The notes below the pieces were generated by a model that was given only the letters and a program-made list of their open reading frames with translations, was not told the DNA's origin and did no database searches. Below, piece after piece: positions 39,004-48,671 of a DNA stretch of 64,000 nucleotides. A program made the position numbers and the translations under genes. The DNA is from Spirochaetia bacterium (GTDB lineage: Bacteria > Spirochaetota > Spirochaetia > SZUA-6 > Bin103). The stretch covers positions 1,568,001 through 1,632,000 of the forward strand of contig CBDATQ010000001.1 of NCBI GenBank assembly GCA_965199955.1, written 5' to 3'. How positions within the stretch are numbered: position 1 is the first letter of the stretch; each line of letters starts with the position of its first letter.

Positions 39004-40455
39004 ATGGCATTGGAGATCGACGCGCGCGAAGCGCAACTCTTCCTGGACGACGAGGTGATCGAGCAGAGCGTGCGCGTGCAGCGCGTGATCCATCAGCCGT
39101 TCCGCTACTGGGGAAATCCCGTATACGCCCCTGACGCGCCTTGGGAGGGCGCAGGCGTCGTCTACCTGGCCGGCGTGTACATCGACGCGGCCGATGGCCT
39201 GTGGAAGCTCTGGTACGCCACGCTCAACCCGCCCGCCTATCCGGAGATCACTTACGCGGTCTGCATGCTCACCTCCACCGACGGCCTCCATTGGGAGCGG
39301 CCGGAGCTGGACGTGGTGCGCGCGCACGACGGCGGCTGGACCAACATCGTGCTGGACATGGGCGACGTGGGCGGCACCGGCGCCGCGACGATTCTGCACG
39401 AGCCCGAGCACGGCGACGAGCCGTGGACGCTGGTGATCAGCTCCTGCGAGGCCGGCACCTGGAACTACAAGGGCTACATCCTGCGCTCCGCCGACGGCGT
39501 GCACTGGCGCTGGGAGCGGCCCATGCCGAACGGCGTCGACCACGGCATGCACGACCGCTGCACGGCCATGCGGGGCCCCGATCCGGAGTTCCCGTACGTC
39601 TTGCTCAGCCGCGGCAGCGAGGACGCCAGGCGCTGGGGACTGGTGCGCAGCGCCCACCGGGTGGCGATCAACGCGGACGCCGCCGACGGCCCGCCGCGCC
39701 GCGTGCTGACCCCCGACCTGGAGGACGACCCGGCCGGGCAGATCTACCACGCCTACGGCTTCCGCTACGAGAGCACCTACGTTGGGCTGTTCCAGTGGTA
39801 CTGGGAGCACGACCGGCCGTGGGCGGAGATGGAGCTGTTGACCAGCCGCGACAGCGTCACCTGGCAGCGCCCGCGGCCGCGCGGGCCTTTCTTCTCCCCC
39901 ACGCCCGGCGGCGGCCGCGTGGGGGCCTACGACGCGGCGCGCACCGACACCGCGCTGTCGCCGCCGGTGCGCACCGCGGAGCGGAACGAGGCGGGCTCGC
40001 CCGCGCCGAACATGGAAACGCTGTGGTTCTACTCGTGGGGAGGCCCGGCCATGCACGGCGACCGCCACCTCACCTTCGGCGCCACGATCGGCGTCGCACA
40101 GCTCCGCGGCGACGGCTTCTGCTCGCTGCGCGCCCGCCGCTTTCCCGGCACCGTGGTCACCAGGCCGTTCACGTGGCCGAGCGGCCGGCTGCTGATCAAC
40201 GCGGTCGGCCTGGGCGGCGGCGGCAACGCCAGTCTGCGCACGGCCGTCCTGCGCGAGGACCTGTCGGAGATCGATGGGCTGGGAGCGGGGGACGCGGACC
40301 CGCTGTCGCGCGACGGCGTCCGCCAGGAACAGACGTGGCGCGGCGACGGCGCCGGCATCGAGCGGCTGGCCGGCAAGACCATCCGCCTGCGTTTCCTGAT
40401 GGACAATACCGACCTGTACGCGTTCCGGGCGTCCGGCGACACGGCGTCAGGTTGA
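39004..40455 (+). CDS. Uncharacterised beta-propeller glycoside hydrolase-like protein (paralog 1)
   Basis: LFLDD, NPV...PWE, S.DG..W repeats, LR.DGF.S, IRLRF...LYAF. Confidence 0.7.
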   Translation: MALEIDAREAQLFLDDEVIEQSVRVQRVIHQPFRYWGNPVYAPDAPWEGAGVVYLAGVYIDAADGLWKLWYATLNPPAYPEITYAVCMLTSTDGLHWERPELDVVRAHDGGWTNIVLDMGDVGGTGAATILHEPEHGDEPWTLVISSCEAGTWNYKGYILRSADGVHWRWERPMPNGVDHGMHDRCTAMRGPDPEFPYVLLSRGSEDARRWGLVRSAHRVAINADAADGPPRRVLTPDLEDDPAGQIYHAYGFRYESTYVGLFQWYWEHDRPWAEMELLTSRDSVTWQRPRPRGPFFSPTPGGGRVGAYDAARTDTALSPPVRTAERNEAGSPAPNMETLWFYSWGGPAMHGDRHLTFGATIGVAQLRGDGFCSLRARRFPGTVVTRPFTWPSGRLLINAVGLGGGGNASLRTAVLREDLSEIDGLGAGDADPLSRDGVRQEQTWRGDGAGIERLAGKTIRLRFLMDNTDLYAFRASGDTASG

Positions 40456-40488
40456 CGCGGCGTCCGGCTGACGAGTAAGGAGACAGAC

Positions 40489-41913
40489 ATGACCGCAACG
40501 CCCGGCACCACGGTGCCGTTCCTGGACCTCGGCGAGCTTGAGGATCGAGACAACGTGGACCTGCGGCCCACGGAGGCCGTCAAGCACCCGGCCAATCCGG
40601 TGCTGCAGCCCGGCCACGCCCACGAATGGGACTGCAAGCGCGTCGGCAACTGGGCCGGCGACATCCACTGGGACGCGGACGAGTCCGTCTTCAAGTGCTG
40701 GTACTACGCCTCCGACCTGGAAGGGACCCCCTCGATCGGCTACGCGCTGAGCGCCGACGGCGTGCTCTGGGAGAAGCCGCGCCTGGGGCTCTACGACTAC
40801 GGCGGCTCCACCGACAACAACATCTGCTTTCGTCCCGTGACCGGTGCCACCAGCCACTTCTGCCTGAGGGTCGACGACGACGCTCCCGCCGGGCGGCGCT
40901 ACCAGGCGCTGACCTGGTCCGACGCGCCCGGCATCGACGGCAAGCGCAATTTCCCATACTACTCGCCCGACGGCATCCACTGGACGCTGACGCCGACCCC
41001 GGAACGCGCCTGCGCCATCGGCGACACCGCCGACGTGATCGACGATCCCGCCGACCCCGATCCGGAGCGGCGGATCAAGGTCTACACCCAGCACGGCGCC
41101 TGGTACGGTTCAGACCTGGAGCACCTGCGGCAGGGGCCGCGCGCGGTCATCGACCCGGCCGACGGGCGCGAGCAGGAGATCCACTTCATCTACGCGCTGC
41201 CCTACCGGGGCGCCTACGTGATGCTCTACGACTTCGACGCCGTGATCCCCTGGCCGCACCATGCCGAGCCCTTGGGCACCCGCAAGCGGCGCAAGCTGGC
41301 GGCCGGCGCCTACGCCGGCGACTGCCGGCTGGCGGTGAGCCGCGACGGCCTGGGCCCATTCCGGCGCATCCGGCCCGATCTGCCGGTGATCCCGATGGGC
41401 GACTGGGGAACGTGGGACGACGAGCTGCTGGTGCTGGGTGGCGGCAGCATGATTCCGTTCGACGACCGGGTCGTGCTGTTCTACACCGCGCTCTCGCACT
41501 TCGGAACCGGCTTCCTGTCCTATCCCTACTTCAAGTGCGAGATGGGCATGGCGACGCTCCGCCGCGACGGCTTCACCCACCTCTGCAATCGCGACGGCCT
41601 CACGCAGGCGACGGTCACCACCGCGCCGATCGAGGCCGGCGCCGGACCGGCCGCCCTGCACCTCAACGTCTCCGATCTGCGCCCGTATCGCGACTGGGTC
41701 GAGGTCGAGGTGCTGGACGCCGACTCGGGCCGGGTCGTGCCCGGATACGGCCGCGAGGACTGCCGGCACCTGATCACCGAGGGGCTGTCGGTGCCGGTCC
41801 GCTGGGATGGCCATACCGACCTGAGCGCCGCGCCGTGGCGCTACAGGCTGCGCTTCTACTTGTGGGGGCGGGCGCGCCTGTATTCGTTCGCATTCGAGGA
41901 GGTCGAGCGATGA
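40489..41913 (+). CDS. Uncharacterised beta-propeller glycoside hydrolase-like protein (paralog 2)
   Basis: HPANPVL...WD, SADG..WEKP.LG, LRRDGF, L.LN, G..EDC, LYSF. Confidence 0.7.
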   Translation: MTATPGTTVPFLDLGELEDRDNVDLRPTEAVKHPANPVLQPGHAHEWDCKRVGNWAGDIHWDADESVFKCWYYASDLEGTPSIGYALSADGVLWEKPRLGLYDYGGSTDNNICFRPVTGATSHFCLRVDDDAPAGRRYQALTWSDAPGIDGKRNFPYYSPDGIHWTLTPTPERACAIGDTADVIDDPADPDPERRIKVYTQHGAWYGSDLEHLRQGPRAVIDPADGREQEIHFIYALPYRGAYVMLYDFDAVIPWPHHAEPLGTRKRRKLAAGAYAGDCRLAVSRDGLGPFRRIRPDLPVIPMGDWGTWDDELLVLGGGSMIPFDDRVVLFYTALSHFGTGFLSYPYFKCEMGMATLRRDGFTHLCNRDGLTQATVTTAPIEAGAGPAALHLNVSDLRPYRDWVEVEVLDADSGRVVPGYGREDCRHLITEGLSVPVRWDGHTDLSAAPWRYRLRFYLWGRARLYSFAFEEVER

Positions 41914-43043
41914 ACAAGACCAGGATCGAGCGGGTCGAGCCCATCCTGTGGGACCGGTGGCTGCTGCTCAAGGTGTACTGCGAGGACGGCACGATCGGCA
42001 TCGGTGAGGGCGGCGTGCACGGCTGGCAGCGCCCCACCGCGACCATGATCGAGGTGATGGCGCGCTACCTGGTCGGACAGGACCCGGACCGCATCGAGCA
42101 CCACTACCAGTGGCTGTACCGGTCCTCGCACTTCATGGGCTCGGTGGTGCAGGGGGCTCTGTCGGCGATCGACATCGCCCTGTGGGACATCAAGGGCAAG
42201 CGGCTGGGCGTGCCCATCCACGACCTGCTGGGCGGCCGCACCCGCGACCGCGCGCGCTGCTACATGCACGTGGCCGGCGGCACCATCGACGGCCTGGCCG
42301 CCGACGCACGTGCCAAGGCCGATGCCGGCTTCACGGCGGTCCGCTTCGATCCGTTCGGGCCGGACTTCCCCCGCTACCACTCGTACGCGAAGTGGGCGGA
42401 CGAAGCGGTGCGCGCGGTGGCCGCGGTGCGCGACGCGGTCGGCCCGGAAGTCGACCTGTGCGTGGAGATCCACCGCCGCATGGCCCCCGCGGAGTCCATC
42501 GCCCTGGGCCGCCGGCTGGAACAGTTCAGCCCGTACTTCTACGAGGACCCGATGCTGCCCGACAGCCCCGCGGTGATGGGCGACGTGCACGAGCGCTGCA
42601 ACCTGCCGATCGCGACCGGCGAGCGGTTCACGACCATCTTCGAGTTCCAGCAGGTGCTGGAGGCGGGCGGAGCCGCCTATGTGCGCCCCGACCTGTGCCT
42701 GTGCGGCGGCATATCGGGATGCAAGAAGGTGGCCGCGATGGCCGAGGCCCACCACGTGAAGGTGATTCCGCACAACCCCTTGAGCCCGATCAGCACCGCC
42801 GCCTGCGTGCAGCTCGACGCGTGCATCCCGAACTTTGCTCTGCAGGAATATACCGGTGAAGCCGAGCCGCCCAAGAGCGACCTGCTGACCGAGCCCCTGG
42901 TCCTGGAGGACGGCTACCTGATGGTCCCCGACGGCCCCGGCCTTGGCATCGAGGTGAACGACGCCGCGCTCGCCCGCCATCCGGTGCAGGACAAGGTGCT
43001 TGCCACCCCCCTCGGCTACGACGGATCCGTGCGCGACTCCTGA
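41910..43043 (+). CDS. Enolase-superfamily dehydratase (galactonate dehydratase-like)
   Basis: DIALWDIKGK, EIH, YEDP, ATGER, RPDL..GG, PHNP. Confidence 0.9.
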   Translation: MNKTRIERVEPILWDRWLLLKVYCEDGTIGIGEGGVHGWQRPTATMIEVMARYLVGQDPDRIEHHYQWLYRSSHFMGSVVQGALSAIDIALWDIKGKRLGVPIHDLLGGRTRDRARCYMHVAGGTIDGLAADARAKADAGFTAVRFDPFGPDFPRYHSYAKWADEAVRAVAAVRDAVGPEVDLCVEIHRRMAPAESIALGRRLEQFSPYFYEDPMLPDSPAVMGDVHERCNLPIATGERFTTIFEFQQVLEAGGAAYVRPDLCLCGGISGCKKVAAMAEAHHVKVIPHNPLSPISTAACVQLDACIPNFALQEYTGEAEPPKSDLLTEPLVLEDGYLMVPDGPGLGIEVNDAALARHPVQDKVLATPLGYDGSVRDS

Positions 43044-43252
43044 GCCCGAATCCAGGCGAGGAAGTCGACCAGTTCCTCCTGGAACTGACGATGTGCAGGC
43101 TCGTACGTGCTGGCGATCTCGCCAAGGCGGCCTGGATCGAGTTCGTGTCGTTACGAGGAGTGCGGACGCTGAACACCAGCCTGCGAAGGCTGGAATAGCG
43201 AGACATCTTCCCTGTTCATGGCCTGCCGTCGCTGTGCCGCCGCGCGCTGACC

Positions 43253-43356
43253 TCATCGGGCTGCGGCCGTGAGCGCAGCGAACCGTTCGAAGAAGTCCGG
43301 AAAGGTCTTGGCCGTGCACTCGGGATCCAGGACGGTGAGGCGGGCACGCGCAGGCC
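43253..43356 (-). pseudogene. aroA: 3' remnant of EPSP synthase (about 34 codons)
   Basis: GLRVP/LTVLDPECTAKTFPDFFERF matches the conserved AroA C-terminus. Confidence 0.72.
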
Positions 43357-43370
43357 GGGACCGGGGGGCG

Positions 43371-44135
43371 TCAGTGGCTGAGGATCTGGCTCAGGAACAG
43401 CTTGGTGCGGTCGGACTGCGGGTTGTTGAAGAACTCGTCCGGGGTGTTCTGCTCGACGATCTGGCCCTCGTCCATGAGGATCACGCGGTCGGCCACCTGC
43501 GAGGCGAAGCCCATCTCGTGCGTGACGACCAGCATGGTCACGCCCGACGCCGCCACGTCGACCATCACGTCGAGCACCTCCTTGATCATCTCCGGATCGA
43601 GCGCCGAGGTCGGCTCGTCGAACAGCATGATCTTGGGCTGCTTGCACAGGGACCGGGCGATGGCCACGCGCTGCTGCTGTCCGCCGGAGAGCTGCCCGGG
43701 ATACTTGTGCGCCTGCTCCGGGATCTTCACGCGCTCGAGCAGATCCATCGCCTGCTGCTCGGCGTCGGCGCGCGACATCTTGCGGACCCAGATCGGCGCC
43801 AGCGTGCAGTTCTGCAGCACGGTCAGGTGCGGGAACAGGTTGAATTGCTGGAACACCATGCCGATTTCCTGCCGAATCGCGTCGATGTTCTTCAGGTCGT
43901 TGGTCATCTCCTTGCCTTCGACCACGATCGATCCCTGCTGGTGCTCCTCCAGCCGGTTGATGCAGCGGATCAGGGTCGACTTGCCGGACCCGGACGGGCC
44001 GCAGATGACGATGCGCTCCTGCTGCGCCACGGTCAGGTCGATGTCGCGCAGCACGTGCAGCGTGCCGAACCACTTGTTCAGGCCCGTGATGCGGATGATC
44101 GGCTCCTTCTCGGCCGACTGGTCGGTGTCTGACAT
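43371..44135 (-). CDS. aapP: General L-amino-acid ABC transporter ATPase
   Basis: [28 protein letters not shown]. Confidence 0.93.
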   Translation of the reverse strand: MSDTDQSAEKEPIIRITGLNKWFGTLHVLRDIDLTVAQQERIVICGPSGSGKSTLIRCINRLEEHQQGSIVVEGKEMTNDLKNIDAIRQEIGMVFQQFNLFPHLTVLQNCTLAPIWVRKMSRADAEQQAMDLLERVKIPEQAHKYPGQLSGGQQQRVAIARSLCKQPKIMLFDEPTSALDPEMIKEVLDVMVDVAASGVTMLVVTHEMGFASQVADRVILMDEGQIVEQNTPDEFFNNPQSDRTKLFLSQILSH

Positions 44136-44152
44136 GCTTCGCTCCCTTGTTC

Positions 44153-45355
44153 CTAGCGCCGGGTGGTGTCGAGGCGTCTCTCCAGGTTGATCGAGTAGCG
44201 CGACATGGAGAAACAGATCACGAAGAAGAACAGCGCCGCGATCAGGAAGGTCTCGTGATCGACCTTGCCGATCCAGTCCGGGTTGGTCTGCAGCAGCCGC
44301 GCCTGCCCCAGGATGTCGAACAGCCCGATGGTGACCACCAGGGTGGTGTCCTTGAACAGGCCGATGAAGGTGTTGACGATGCCGGGGATCGAGATCTTGA
44401 GCGCCTGCGGCAGGATGACCAGGCGCATCATTTTCCAGTAGCTCAGGCCCATCGCCTGGGCCGCCTCGTACTGGCCGTTCGGGATCGCCTGCAGTCCGCC
44501 GCGGATCACCTCCGCCATGTAGGCCGAGGAGAAGGCGGTGACCATCACCATGACGCGGATGAGCTGATCGAGCGAGACACCGGGAGGCAGGAAAAACTCC
44601 AGGATGATGATCGCCACGAACAGCAGCGTGATCAGCGGCATCCCGCGTATCACCTCGATGAAGCCGATGGAGGCAAAGCGGATCACCGGCAGGGTCGAGC
44701 GCCGCCCGAGCGCCAGCAGGATGCCGATCGGCAGCGACATCGCGATGCCGGACAGGCCCGCCACCAGGTTCAACATGAAGCCGCCGAACTTGTCCGTGGA
44801 GATGCTGCGGATGCCGAACAGGCTGCCGATGACCTCGCCCTGCTCGTTGTAGATCGGCAGCCCGCCGACCAGCAGGAAGGTGGCGATCACCACGTACGCG
44901 ATCGAGAATCGGCGGCCGTAGCGGGCGTAGGGGAGCTTGTCGAACAGCACGTACGCCACGGCCGGGATCAGGAGGATCACGGCGAGGTTGACCCGCCAGT
45001 AGGAGTCGTTCGGGTAGAAGCCGTAGAGGAACTGCGAGATGCGCTGGTCGATCCACGCCCAGCAGGCGCCCGCTGCCGTGCACTCCTCACCGGTGGCGCC
45101 ACTGAAATCGGCGTTGAAGAACGCCCAACCCAGCAAGGGCGGCACGATGCGCCAGAGCACCAGCAGCCCAGCCACGGTGAGGACGGTGTTCAGCCAGCTC
45201 GAAAAGAGGTTGGTGCGCAGCCAGCCCAGCACGCCGACGGTCGTGACCGGGGCCGGGCGGCCCGGCACCATCTGTGCCCGCGTCCGGTAGAACGAGTGAT
45301 CGGAGGGGGCCTGTCGCGCCTCGGGTTCGCTCATCACCGATCCAGACGATTTCAT
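44153..45355 (-). CDS. aapM: General L-amino-acid ABC permease
   Basis: [34 protein letters not shown]. Confidence 0.92.
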   Translation of the reverse strand: MKSSGSVMSEPEARQAPSDHSFYRTRAQMVPGRPAPVTTVGVLGWLRTNLFSSWLNTVLTVAGLLVLWRIVPPLLGWAFFNADFSGATGEECTAAGACWAWIDQRISQFLYGFYPNDSYWRVNLAVILLIPAVAYVLFDKLPYARYGRRFSIAYVVIATFLLVGGLPIYNEQGEVIGSLFGIRSISTDKFGGFMLNLVAGLSGIAMSLPIGILLALGRRSTLPVIRFASIGFIEVIRGMPLITLLFVAIIILEFFLPPGVSLDQLIRVMVMVTAFSSAYMAEVIRGGLQAIPNGQYEAAQAMGLSYWKMMRLVILPQALKISIPGIVNTFIGLFKDTTLVVTIGLFDILGQARLLQTNPDWIGKVDHETFLIAALFFFVICFSMSRYSINLERRLDTTRR

Positions 45356-46470
45356 CGTTCCACCAGAGCGATGCGGCGGTTGTACCAGTTCATGAAGGTG
45401 GAGGTGAGGAGGCTCAGGGAGAGGTAGATGACCATGAAGAGGGAAATCACCTCGATGGCCTGTCCGCTCTGGTTGAGGATGGTATTGCCGACCGACACCA
45501 GGTCCTGGTAGCCGATCGCCACCGCCAGCGAGGAGTTCTTGGTGAGATTCAGGTACTGGCTGGTGAGCGGCGGGACGATGGCGCGCAGCGCCTGCGGCAG
45601 GATGATCTTGCGCAGGGTGAGCCCGGGCGGCAGGCCGAGCGCGCCGGCCGCCTCGGTCTGTCCCTTGCTCACCGACAGGATGCCGGCGCGCACGATCTCG
45701 GAGATGAAGGCGCCGGTGTACGTGGACAAGGCGATCCACAGGGCGACCAGCTCCGGCGTAACGCTGAAGCCGCCCTGCAGGTTGAACCGGCCCATCACCG
45801 GCATGTCGAAGGCGATGGGCCGGCCCAGGATGAAGTACATGATCAGCGGCAGCCCGACGATCAGCCCCAGCCCGGTCCAGCCCGCGGGGAATTTCTCACC
45901 GGTCGCCTCCTGCCGCGCCCTGGCCCAGCGTGCCAGGATCACCGTCGCGCCGATGGCGCCGATCAGTGCGATCAGGATCCCGATCGCGGCCGCTTCGAAC
46001 ATCGGTGCCGGCAACTGCACGCCACGGTTGTTGAGGAACACGGTGTCGGCGATGGAGATGCTGTCGCGCACCCGCGGCAGGGCCAGCAGGATCACCCACC
46101 AGAAGATGATCTGCAGCAGCAACGGGACGTTGCGCGTGAACTCGACGTAGACGGTGACGATGCGGCTGACCAGGAAGTTGCTCGACAGGCGCAGTACGCC
46201 GGCCAGGAAGCCGACGATCGTGGCCGCGACAACGCCGAGGGCCGCCACCAGGACGGTGTTCAGGCCGCCGACGATGAACGCCTTCCCGTAGGTGTGCGTC
46301 GAGTCGTAGGCGATCAGCCGCTGGTTGATGTCGAAGGCGGACGTGTCGAACAGGAAGCCGTAGCCTGGTGACAGATTGGCGCGCTGCAGGTTGGCGATCG
46401 TGTTCGAGACGACGATCGCAATGAACAGCGCCGCCCCCAGCACCAGCAGGAGCTGGAGGGCGAAGCTGCG
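45352..46470 (-). CDS. aapQ: General L-amino-acid ABC permease (start codon unclear)
   Basis: G.GFL, GGLNT, RNVPLLLQ, EIVRAGI..V.KGQTEAA, NLTKNSSLA. Confidence 0.88.
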   Translation of the reverse strand, partial: RSFALQLLLVLGAALFIAIVVSNTIANLQRANLSPGYGFLFDTSAFDINQRLIAYDSTHTYGKAFIVGGLNTVLVAALGVVAATIVGFLAGVLRLSSNFLVSRIVTVYVEFTRNVPLLLQIIFWWVILLALPRVRDSISIADTVFLNNRGVQLPAPMFEAAAIGILIALIGAIGATVILARWARARQEATGEKFPAGWTGLGLIVGLPLIMYFILGRPIAFDMPVMGRFNLQGGFSVTPELVALWIALSTYTGAFISEIVRAGILSVSKGQTEAAGALGLPPGLTLRKIILPQALRAIVPPLTSQYLNLTKNSSLAVAIGYQDLVSVGNTILNQSGQAIEVISLFMVIYLSLSLLTSTFMNWYNRRIALVER

Positions 46471-46500
46471 CGGAGTACCGCCTATGAGCGGTACTCCGCG
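46469..46500. promoter_or_regulatory. Perfect 13-bp hairpin downstream of aapJ (mRNA stabiliser or attenuator-like)
   Basis: CGCGGAGTACCGC-CTATGA-GCGGTACTCCGCG. Confidence 0.7.
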
Positions 46501-46513
46501 ATGGCCTGACGGC

Positions 46514-47545
46514 TTAGCGGAACGGCGGCGCGTAGAGGATGCCTCCATCCGTATACAGCGCGTTCAAGCCGCGCTGCAGGCCCAGCGCGGTGTCCGGGCC
46601 GACGTAGCGGTCGAAGATCTCGGCGTAGTTGCCTTCCGCCGCGATCGCCCGCACGGCCCACTCGGCGTCGAGCCCCAGAATCTCGCCGTAGCTGCCCTCG
46701 GTACCGAGCATGCGGTTGATCTCCGGGTGGTCGGTGCCGGCGGCCAGCTCCATCACGTTGTCCTGCGTGATGCCGAGCTCCTCGGCGATGATCAGCGCGT
46801 TCAGCACCCAGCGCGCGATGTCCGCCCAGTGGTCGTCACCCTGGCGGACCAACGGCCCCAGGGGCTCCTTGGAGACGATCTCCGGGAACACCATGTGCGC
46901 GTCCGGATCGTCGAAGGTCGCCTTGGTGGCGGCCAGGCCGGATGCGTCCGTGGTGTACACGTCGCAGCGCTCCGCCTCGTAGGCGGAGCGGGCTTCCGCG
47001 TTGGTCTCGATCGGCACCGGCTCGTAGCTCATGTTGTTGGTGCGGAAGAAGTCCGCCAGGTTGAGCTCGGTGGTGGTGCCGGTCTGGATGCATACCGACG
47101 CGCCGTCCAGCTCGGTGGCGCTGGTGATGCCCAGCGACGTGCGGCCGATGAAGCCCTGCCCGTCGTAGTAGTTGACGCCGACGAAGGTCAGGCCCAGGTC
47201 GACATCGCGCGAGAACGTCCACGTGGTGTTCCGCGACAGCACGTCGATCTCACCCGCCTGCAGCGCCGGGAAGCGATTCGCGCCGGTCAGGTTCACAAAC
47301 GAGATCGCGTTGGAGTCGCCCAGCACGGCCGCTGCCAGCGCCCGGCAGTAGGCGACGTCGAAGCCTTCCCAGTTGCCGTCGTCGTCGGTGTTCGCGAAGC
47401 CCGTGAGACCGGTGTTGATCCCGCACTTCAGCTCCCCGGCGGCCTGCACGGCGGCGAGCGTCTGCTGCGCCTGCAGCGCGGCGGCCCCCACGACCGCGAA
47501 CACGGCGGCCAGTCCGACCGCCTTGATGTGAGTTGTCGTCTTCAT
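46514..47545 (-). CDS. aapJ: General L-amino-acid ABC substrate-binding protein
   Basis: LKCG, GFDV.YCRA, RNTTWTFSRD, YDGQGF, GTTTELN, SKEPLGP, GGILYAPPFR. Confidence 0.95.
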   Translation of the reverse strand: MKTTTHIKAVGLAAVFAVVGAAALQAQQTLAAVQAAGELKCGINTGLTGFANTDDDGNWEGFDVAYCRALAAAVLGDSNAISFVNLTGANRFPALQAGEIDVLSRNTTWTFSRDVDLGLTFVGVNYYDGQGFIGRTSLGITSATELDGASVCIQTGTTTELNLADFFRTNNMSYEPVPIETNAEARSAYEAERCDVYTTDASGLAATKATFDDPDAHMVFPEIVSKEPLGPLVRQGDDHWADIARWVLNALIIAEELGITQDNVMELAAGTDHPEINRMLGTEGSYGEILGLDAEWAVRAIAAEGNYAEIFDRYVGPDTALGLQRGLNALYTDGGILYAPPFR

Positions 47546-47610
47546 CAGATTCCCACTCCTCCTTGGTTCCATCCGATGGTTCTAACGGGCGCTTTCCGCA
47601 GCCCCGCGTG

Positions 47611-47640
47611 AACATAGCCGATGCCGTCCGGGCATGGCAA
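47611..47640 (-). promoter_or_regulatory. Putative sigma70-type promoter for aapJ
   Basis: TTGCCA-N18-TATGTT. Confidence 0.45.
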
Positions 47641-47655
47641 CGGGTCGTTCGGGAG

Positions 47656-48654
47656 TCACTCCCAGCGCAGCGTCACCTCCCGCCCGTGCGCGGCCGAGCG
47701 TTCGGCCGCCTCCACCATGCGCAGCGCGTCCAGCGCGTCGGACAGGGTGGAAAGCGGCGGTTCGCCGCCGAGCACGCACTGCTCGACGAAGTACTCCACC
47801 TCGTAGCGGAAGGCGTCGACGTAGCCGGGCATGCCGAAGCCGGGGCCGCCGTCCTCCTGGTACACTGCCTCGTTCCAGGAGTAGCTGACGCCGCCGCGCG
47901 TGCCCAGCACCTTGTACTGCACCAGCCACGGGTCGTTGGTGGGGTCGGTGGCCGCGAAGCTCGCCCACAGGTTGGCCAGGGCGCCGCCGGGCATCCGGCA
48001 GGTGATCGCGGTCTGCGCCGCGTCCGGCACCCCCGGCGCATGCACGCCGGGGACGGCCATGCAGCTCAGGCGCTCGGGGCGCCCGAGCAGATGCAGCAGC
48101 GAGTAGCAGTGGTGGACGCACACGACGCGGAGGATGGAGCCGTACTTGCGGATCAGGTCGGCGTCGTGGAACAGGTTGTAGAGCATCCAGAAGGCGGCGA
48201 CCGGGCCCAGCTTGCCCGCCTCGATCAGCTCCCTGGCCCGGCGCAGGGCCGGCACGTAGATGTAGTTGTGTCCCGGCATGCAGGTGCGGCCGGCACGCTC
48301 GGCGGCGCGCATCAGGCGACGGATGTCGGCCGTGCGATGCGCGACCGGCTTCTCCACCAGCACATCCTTGCCGGCGCGCAACGCGGCCAGCGCCGCGGCG
48401 ACATGCCCCGCCGGCGGGGTCAGGACGTGCACGGCGTCGACGTCGGGGTCGCCGACCAGCTCCTTCAGGGTGCGGTAGTCGCGCCCGCCGTGGCGGGCGG
48501 TCAGCGCCGCGGCCTTGCCAGGCTCGGCGTCGTACGCGCCGATGAACCGCGCGCGCTCGCAGGCGGCGACGGCGCGCCCGTGCAACTCCGCGACCAGGCC
48601 CGCGCCCACGAAGGCGATGCCGACGCGGTCGTTCGCTCCGGCGGGTTCTGCCAT
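47656..48654 (-). CDS. Gfo/Idh/MocA-family oxidoreductase
   Basis: FVGAG..A..H, LTP...H, EKP. Confidence 0.88.
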   Translation of the reverse strand: MAEPAGANDRVGIAFVGAGLVAELHGRAVAACERARFIGAYDAEPGKAAALTARHGGRDYRTLKELVGDPDVDAVHVLTPPAGHVAAALAALRAGKDVLVEKPVAHRTADIRRLMRAAERAGRTCMPGHNYIYVPALRRARELIEAGKLGPVAAFWMLYNLFHDADLIRKYGSILRVVCVHHCYSLLHLLGRPERLSCMAVPGVHAPGVPDAAQTAITCRMPGGALANLWASFAATDPTNDPWLVQYKVLGTRGGVSYSWNEAVYQEDGGPGFGMPGYVDAFRYEVEYFVEQCVLGGEPPLSTLSDALDALRMVEAAERSAAHGREVTLRWE

Positions 48655-48671
48655 GGGTCCCTACCAGATCG

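Noticed and set aside
40626..41909. N-terminal extension making an 805-aa dehydratase (similar extensions at 22840-24708 and 43371-45083)
   Set aside because: The extensions overlap other real genes; true starts with SD or overlap signals lie downstream.
43044..43220. Possible HepT-like toxin tail (ELDPGRLGEIA...FQEELVDFLAWI) in a lower-GC patch
   Set aside because: No intact RxxxxH motif and an in-frame stop; too weak to call by eye.
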